A stretch of 64,000 nucleotides of DNA from Candidatus Latescibacterota bacterium (GTDB lineage Bacteria > Latescibacterota > UBA2968 > UBA8231). Shown here one piece after another: positions 58,026 to 64,000 of this stretch; positions within the stretch are counted from its first letter, which is position 1, and each line of letters opens with the position of its first letter. A model generated the notes under the pieces. That model had not been told where the DNA came from. It did not search any database and worked only from the letters and a program-made list of their open reading frames with translations. The DNA lies in NCBI GenBank assembly GCA_965203355.1, contig OZ241889.1, forward strand, positions 1,728,001-1,792,000, given 5' to 3'. A program made the position numbers and the translations under genes.

Positions 58026-59222
58026 ATGAAAACCGAAGACATTATCAAGGGCGAGGCGCGATACATTTTGCAGACCTACGGTCGGCCCGAGTTCGTATTA
58101 GAGCGGGGCAATGGGGTCTATCTCTTCGATACGGACGGCAATCGCTACCTCGATTTCGTCAGTGGCTTAGCGGTCAATGCCTTGGGCTATGGCGACTACG
58201 AGGTTGTCAAGGCGATTGAGGCGCAAGCGGCCAAATTGATGCATGTGTCCAACCTCTACCACACCATCCCGTCGGTCCAAGTAGCGCAGCGGCTAGTCGA
58301 GCATTCGTTTGCCGATCGGGTGTTCTTCTGCAACAGCGGCACCGAGGCGTGGGAGGCGTCGCTCAAATTTTGCCGCAAGTGGGGCAACACCACCCACGAC
58401 TCGCCCAAAAATCGCCTCATCGCCTTTGAAAATTCCTTTCACGGGCGGACCTATGGCTCCATCTCGACGACCGGCCAGCCCAAGTATCACAAGGGGTTTG
58501 AGCCGCTGCTGCCGGGCATTGACTTCGCCCGCTTCAACGACTTGGCCTCTGTGGAGGCACTGGTTTCGGATCAGACCTGTGCGATTTTGGTCGAGCCGTT
58601 GCAGGCCGAGGGGGGGATCCACGCCGCAACGGCGGAATTTCTCACCGGGCTAAGACGCTTGTGCGATGAGCGGGAGATGCTGCTGGTCTTCGACGAGATC
58701 CAAGTGGGGTGCGGGCGTTTAGGCTCGCTGTGGGCCCATCAGCAATACGAGGTTGAACCGGATATTATGACCTTGGCCAAGGCCCTCGGCGGCGGTTTGC
58801 CGATCGGCGTCGCGCTCTTGCGGCAGAAGGTGGCCGACGCCATTGAGGCCGGCGATCACGCCGCGACGTTCGGCGCCAATCCCGTGGCTTGCGCCGCGGC
58901 AAACGCGGTCTTAGACAAGTTGCTGGAGCCAGATTTTATGGACGGAGTGCGCGAAAAAGGCGCGCACTTGATCGGCCGCCTGCAAAAGCTGCAACAGCGC
59001 TGGCCTGAGCACATCGCCGAAATCCGCGGCAAAGGGCTGATCGCCGGCGCGGTCACCAGCCAGCCAGCCGCGGGCTATCTGGCCGCCTTCCGTCAGCGCG
59101 ACATCTTGATCGCCACGGCTGGGGCCGATGTGGTGCGCTTCCTGCCGCCGCTGATCGTCGAGCGGGATCGCATTGACGAAGTAGTAGATGTATTCGACGA
59201 GATATTGCGCCAAGGCGTCTGA
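58026..59222 (+). CDS. argD: Acetylornithine aminotransferase
   Basis: NSGTEA, SFHGRT, DEIQ.G.GR, TLAKALGGG. Confidence 0.94.
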   Translation: MKTEDIIKGEARYILQTYGRPEFVLERGNGVYLFDTDGNRYLDFVSGLAVNALGYGDYEVVKAIEAQAAKLMHVSNLYHTIPSVQVAQRLVEHSFADRVFFCNSGTEAWEASLKFCRKWGNTTHDSPKNRLIAFENSFHGRTYGSISTTGQPKYHKGFEPLLPGIDFARFNDLASVEALVSDQTCAILVEPLQAEGGIHAATAEFLTGLRRLCDEREMLLVFDEIQVGCGRLGSLWAHQQYEVEPDIMTLAKALGGGLPIGVALLRQKVADAIEAGDHAATFGANPVACAAANAVLDKLLEPDFMDGVREKGAHLIGRLQKLQQRWPEHIAEIRGKGLIAGAVTSQPAAGYLAAFRQRDILIATAGADVVRFLPPLIVERDRIDEVVDVFDEILRQGV

Positions 59223-60607
59223 TGGCCGTGGTACAAACGCCTTGGGGCGGGCGGTTTCAGTCGGCACCGGCCGAGCTGATGGAGCGCTTCAACGCCTCGA
59301 TTGGCTTCGACCGCAAGCTGTTGGCCGCCGACATTGCCGGCAGCGTGGCCTACGCCCGCGCCCTACAGCGGGCCGGCGTCCTCAGCGCCGGGGAACTGGG
59401 GCAGATTGAAGCGGGGCTAAAGCAGGTACAGGAAGATTTTTCGGCTCCTGACTGCGTACTCCCCGACGCGCTTGAAGACATCCACATGGCGGTGGAGCAG
59501 CGGCTGACCGAGTTGATTGGGCCGGTCGGCGGCAAGCTGCACACCGGGCGCAGCCGCAACGACCAAGTCAACTTAGACGAGCGGCTCTACCTGCGGAGCG
59601 CGATTGCATCGCTTCAGGCGCAGATTCGCCACCTGCAAGGGGTGCTGCTGGCCTCAGGTGAGCAACACAGCCGCGTGGTGCTGCCCGGCTACACGCACCT
59701 ACAACAGGCCCAACCGATTCTTTTCCCCCACTATGCGCTGTCGTTGTTCTGGATGCTGGAGCGCGACCGCGGGCGGTTGGGAGACGCTTGGCAGCGAGCC
59801 GACTTTCTGCCGTTGGGTTCTGGGGCGTTGGCCGGGAGTGCGTTTCCGCTCGACCGAGCCTTCCTCGCCCGCGAACTCGGATTCTCGCAGGTGACCCCCA
59901 ACAGCCTCGACGCGGTTAGCGACCGCGATTTTCTGCTCGAGACCCTGTCCGCGCTGGCGATTCTAATGATGCACTTGAGCCGTTTCTGCGAGGATTTGAT
60001 CCTCTGGTCGTCGTCGGAGTTTGGCTTTGTCGAACTCGACGATCACTTTGCCACTGGCTCGAGCATGATGCCGCAAAAGAAAAACCCGGACGCGCTGGAA
60101 TTGGTGCGCGGCAAAACGGGCCGGGTGTACGGCAGCCTGATGGCGTTGCTGACGACGATGAAGGCCGTGCCGTTGACGTACGCTAAGGATTTGCAAGAAG
60201 ACAAGGAGCCGCTCTTTGATGCGCTGGAAACGGTGGCCCTTTGTCTAGCGGTTTTTGCCGGTGCTTGGGAGAGCATGGAAGTGCGTGCTGAACGGATGGC
60301 GGCCGCGGTGGATTCCACGGCCTTGGCAACGGATTTGGCCGACTATTTGGTGGGCCAAGGCGTGCCTTTCCGCGAGGCCCATCGCGTCGTTGGCCGCTTG
60401 GTGCGGGCCGCGCTAGAGCAAGGCCGCGCCCTCACCGACCTTAGCTTGGAACAGCTGCGCTCCCATAGCGCGGATTTCGGCGAGGACGCACTCGGCCTGC
60501 TCGATGTGCGCCACAGCTTGGCGCGCCGCAATATAGAGGGTGGTACCGGCCCGCAGGCCGTGGCCGAGCAGATGGAAAAGGCGCGGCGCGCATGGGCCGC
60601 GAAGTGA
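59222..60607 (+). CDS. argH: Argininosuccinate lyase
   Basis: WGGRF, HTGRSRNDQ, GYTHLQ, TGSSMMPQKKNPD. Confidence 0.97.
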   Translation: MAVVQTPWGGRFQSAPAELMERFNASIGFDRKLLAADIAGSVAYARALQRAGVLSAGELGQIEAGLKQVQEDFSAPDCVLPDALEDIHMAVEQRLTELIGPVGGKLHTGRSRNDQVNLDERLYLRSAIASLQAQIRHLQGVLLASGEQHSRVVLPGYTHLQQAQPILFPHYALSLFWMLERDRGRLGDAWQRADFLPLGSGALAGSAFPLDRAFLARELGFSQVTPNSLDAVSDRDFLLETLSALAILMMHLSRFCEDLILWSSSEFGFVELDDHFATGSSMMPQKKNPDALELVRGKTGRVYGSLMALLTTMKAVPLTYAKDLQEDKEPLFDALETVALCLAVFAGAWESMEVRAERMAAAVDSTALATDLADYLVGQGVPFREAHRVVGRLVRAALEQGRALTDLSLEQLRSHSADFGEDALGLLDVRHSLARRNIEGGTGPQAVAEQMEKARRAWAAK

Positions 60608-60611
60608 ACCC

Positions 60612-62039
60612 ATGTTAGTGGCGATTAAAGATATCGAGTTTTACGTGCGCGAGATGCGGATGCGGATGCCGTTTAAGTTCGGCAACGCGATTGCCGATAG
60701 TCTGACTGCGCTACACGTGGCCATGGATCTAGAACTGAGCAATGGTCGTCGGGCGCGGGGTTGGGCTGCGGACATGCTTTCGCCTCGGTGGTTCGACAAA
60801 AACCCAAACAAGCCGATGGCCGAGGGGAGCCGCAACTTGGTGGATGGCGCGCGTGCGGCTGCCACCGCTTATCGGGAGTCGGGTCGAACTGGCGCGGCCC
60901 CATTCGCCATATGGGAGGCGGGATACGAGGCCAGCCGGGCGTGGGGTCGGGCGCGGGGCGTCAACGATCTGCTGGCGTCCAATGGCGCGGCCCTAATGGA
61001 ACGGGCACTCATCGATGGCTTGGGGGTCGCGCTGGACCAGCCCTATTTTGCGCTGTTGCAGGGCAATGTGCTCGGGTTGGCGTTGGGGAACATGCACCCG
61101 GAGCTAGCCGGGCTGGAGCTTGCGGCGGTGCTGCCGGCGGCACCGGTGCGCTCGCTGTACATCCGCCACACGGTCGGCTTGGTCGATCCCATTCGCACGG
61201 CCGCGATTGCACCCGCCGAGCGATTGAACGACGGGTTGCCGCAGTCCTTGGAGGAGTGCATTCAGAGCCAGGGCTTGCGCTATTTCAAGATCAAGATCGG
61301 CGGCGACCCCGAGGCTGATTTCGAGCGCTTAGCGGAGATTGCTGCGCTGTTGGACGAGCGCAGCGCCGAGTACCACATCACGCTCGATGGCAACGAACAA
61401 TACGGCGATGCGGCCGATTTGCTGGCCTTATTGGAGCGGATTGAAAATCAATTGGGCGCGTTTTACCACCGCATCCTCTACGTCGAGCAGCCCATGGACC
61501 GCGCCCTTTCCCTCGATCCCGCGCTAAAGAGCGACCTCGAAGTGCTGGCGGCGAAACGCCCGTTGTTGATCGACGAGTCGGATGAATCCTTGGATTCCTT
61601 TCACCGGGCGCTGGATTTGGGGTACAGCGGCGTCTCGTCCAAGTCCTGCAAAGGGTTGATCAAGGCGCTGGCCAACCGCGTACTCGCTTGCCAGCGCACG
61701 GCCGCGGGCCAGCCGCGTTTTGTCTCAGCCGAGGATTTAACCGCGGTGCCAGTGGTATCGCTACACCAGGATTTGGCGCATGTGGCGGCACTGGGTATCG
61801 GCCACGTCGAGCGCAATGGGCACCACTACGTGCGGGGGCTGGACCACTTGTCGGTTGCTGAGCGGGCGTGGTGCCTTGAGCGGCACGGCGATCTGTATCG
61901 CGCCGAAGGCCCGAGCGGCTTGCTCGACATCCGCGACGGCCAGATCGCGGTCGGTTCCCTGCAACGGCCGGGTCTCGGAGTTGATGGCGCGGTCGATAGC
62001 GCCGCCATGCAGCCACTAGCAGAGGCGCAACGCTCGTGA
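60612..62039 (+). CDS. Uncharacterised enolase-superfamily protein, paralogue A
   Basis: RMPFKFG, PRWFDK, FKIK, DGNEQ, EQP, DES, KSCKG, ERNGHHY; ATG at 60612. Confidence 0.8.
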   Translation: MLVAIKDIEFYVREMRMRMPFKFGNAIADSLTALHVAMDLELSNGRRARGWAADMLSPRWFDKNPNKPMAEGSRNLVDGARAAATAYRESGRTGAAPFAIWEAGYEASRAWGRARGVNDLLASNGAALMERALIDGLGVALDQPYFALLQGNVLGLALGNMHPELAGLELAAVLPAAPVRSLYIRHTVGLVDPIRTAAIAPAERLNDGLPQSLEECIQSQGLRYFKIKIGGDPEADFERLAEIAALLDERSAEYHITLDGNEQYGDAADLLALLERIENQLGAFYHRILYVEQPMDRALSLDPALKSDLEVLAAKRPLLIDESDESLDSFHRALDLGYSGVSSKSCKGLIKALANRVLACQRTAAGQPRFVSAEDLTAVPVVSLHQDLAHVAALGIGHVERNGHHYVRGLDHLSVAERAWCLERHGDLYRAEGPSGLLDIRDGQIAVGSLQRPGLGVDGAVDSAAMQPLAEAQRS

Positions 62040-63472
62040 GTGCCGCAGAAATAAGGCTTGACGACGTGCGGTTTTACATGCGGAATGTGCATACCCGCAT
62101 GCCCTTCAAATACGGTGCTGCCGTGCTGACCGCCGTGCCGATTCTCCACGTGGTGGCTCAGGGTGCGCTAAAAAACGGCACTCCGGTACAAGGGGTTGCC
62201 GCCGACATTCTGCCGCCGAAGTGGTTTGACAAAGACCCGGCCAAAAGCTACGAAGACAATGTCGCCGACTTGCTATGGGCGGCGCAGGCGGCGCGGTTGG
62301 CGTATTTGGATGCGGCGCGTACGCCCAAATCGTTCTTTGCCATATGGCAGGACGGTTATGCGCAGACGGTGTCTGCTGGCGACGCGCACGGCCTGAATAG
62401 GTTGACGGCTGTCCACGGCAGTACGCTGATGGAGCGCGCCCTAATTGACGCGGTAGGCTGCGGTGTGGACGCGAGTTACTTCGCATTGCTCAAGACCAAT
62501 GTCCTCGGCTTGGATTTGGGGGCGATGCACACTGAACTGCAAGGGGTGGAACCCGGCCAAGTGATCGGGGCTGCGCCGCTGGCGCAGTTGCACGTGCGGC
62601 ATACGGTCGGATTGGCCGATCCGATTGTCCCAAGCGACATGGCACCCGAGGAGCGCTTAGACGATGGGTTGCCGCAGTCGCTGGCCGATTGCGTCGAGCG
62701 TCAGGGGCTGACGTACTTCAAGGTCAAGGTGAACGGCGACTTGGAAGCCGACTTGGCGCGGTTGACCGCGATTGCCGAGCTGTTGGACGGGCGCGACGCC
62801 GAGTACAAGGTCACGCTCGATGGCAACGAGCAATACCGGGAAATGGACTCGCTCATTGGCTTGCTCGATACCCTTGCAGTCGCCCAGCCGCGTTTGTACG
62901 AGCGGATCCTCTACGTTGAGCAGCCCTTAGAGCGGAGCGTGGCGTTGGATGCTGCCCTGGAATCGGGCATCCGCGCCGCGGCTGGGCGTCGTCCCTTGCT
63001 CATTGACGAGTCGGACGATGCGCCGGACACCTTCCGCCAAGCCTTGGCCCTGGGGTACAAGGGCGTTTCGTCCAAAGCCTGCAAAGGGCTGGTCAAGGCC
63101 CTGGCCAATCTGGCGTTGGCGCGGCGCCGGGCGGGCTGTTTTCTCTCGGGCGAAGACCTAATGAACCTACCCGTGGTGCCCCTGCACCAAGATTTGGTGC
63201 AGGTAGCGGCGTTGGGGATTGGGCACGTCGAGCGCAATGGACACCACTACGTGCGGGGGTTAGATCACTTGACCGCGGACGAGCGCGCCGCCTGCTTGGC
63301 CACGCACGGGAAGCTCTATCGGGCGGCGGGCGACGGGTTGGTGGCTTTGGATGTGCGGGAAGGGAAAATCGAGATCGGATCGCTGCAAGTGGCGGGTTTG
63401 GGCGTGGGTGTGCCGGTGGCCGTGGATGAGATGGTGGAATTAGAGGAATGGAGATTTGCGTCGTTGGCCTGA
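62036..63472 (+). CDS. Uncharacterised enolase-superfamily protein, paralogue B
   Basis: RMPFKYG, PKWFDK, FKVK, DGNEQ, EQP, DES, KACKG, ERNGHHY; GTGA overlap with paralogue A. Confidence 0.8.
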   Translation: MSAAEIRLDDVRFYMRNVHTRMPFKYGAAVLTAVPILHVVAQGALKNGTPVQGVAADILPPKWFDKDPAKSYEDNVADLLWAAQAARLAYLDAARTPKSFFAIWQDGYAQTVSAGDAHGLNRLTAVHGSTLMERALIDAVGCGVDASYFALLKTNVLGLDLGAMHTELQGVEPGQVIGAAPLAQLHVRHTVGLADPIVPSDMAPEERLDDGLPQSLADCVERQGLTYFKVKVNGDLEADLARLTAIAELLDGRDAEYKVTLDGNEQYREMDSLIGLLDTLAVAQPRLYERILYVEQPLERSVALDAALESGIRAAAGRRPLLIDESDDAPDTFRQALALGYKGVSSKACKGLVKALANLALARRRAGCFLSGEDLMNLPVVPLHQDLVQVAALGIGHVERNGHHYVRGLDHLTADERAACLATHGKLYRAAGDGLVALDVREGKIEIGSLQVAGLGVGVPVAVDEMVELEEWRFASLA

Positions 63473-63486
63473 CCTAGGAGAAGGCT

Positions 63487-64000
<514 letters not shown>

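Overview
GC-rich (about 60-65%) bacterial chromosome segment. Gene content (T9SS-type C-terminal domains, PorU/PorV homologues, dockerin/cohesin-like modules, type-2 IleRS) suggests the FCB superphylum, possibly Ca. Latescibacterota; this is an inference, not a search result. Most of the window is housekeeping: htpG, ddl, rluD-lspA-dksA-ileS-yggT-yggS, secDF, apbE, prenyl synthase, rpmB, panC-folK-folB-purD-era, lexA, tilS-ftsH-folP-cdaA, argR-B-D-H and the ligA 3' end. Four regions stand out. (1) A 15-kb type IX secretion-like operon (29.3-44.4 kb) has a PorU homologue with Ser at the catalytic Cys position, PorV, an M6-type pseudo-protease, a peptidase-WD40-Omp85 barrel protein and secreted cargo; it is interrupted by a DNA methylase whose nuclease partner is reduced to a fragment. 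(2) A 1885-aa secreted Ig-repeat protein has a low-GC N-terminal part, a leader with a poly-C tract, palindrome and repeats, and a relic second copy of its 3' end. (3) Small inserts repeatedly sit between 30-40 bp direct duplications, including a nested case: a 5'-truncated toxin-antitoxin unit with a (CAGTGGT)5 tract inserted at its 3' end. (4) A two-copy structured repeat shows compensatory base changes. No rRNA, tRNA, CRISPR array or transposase was recognised.
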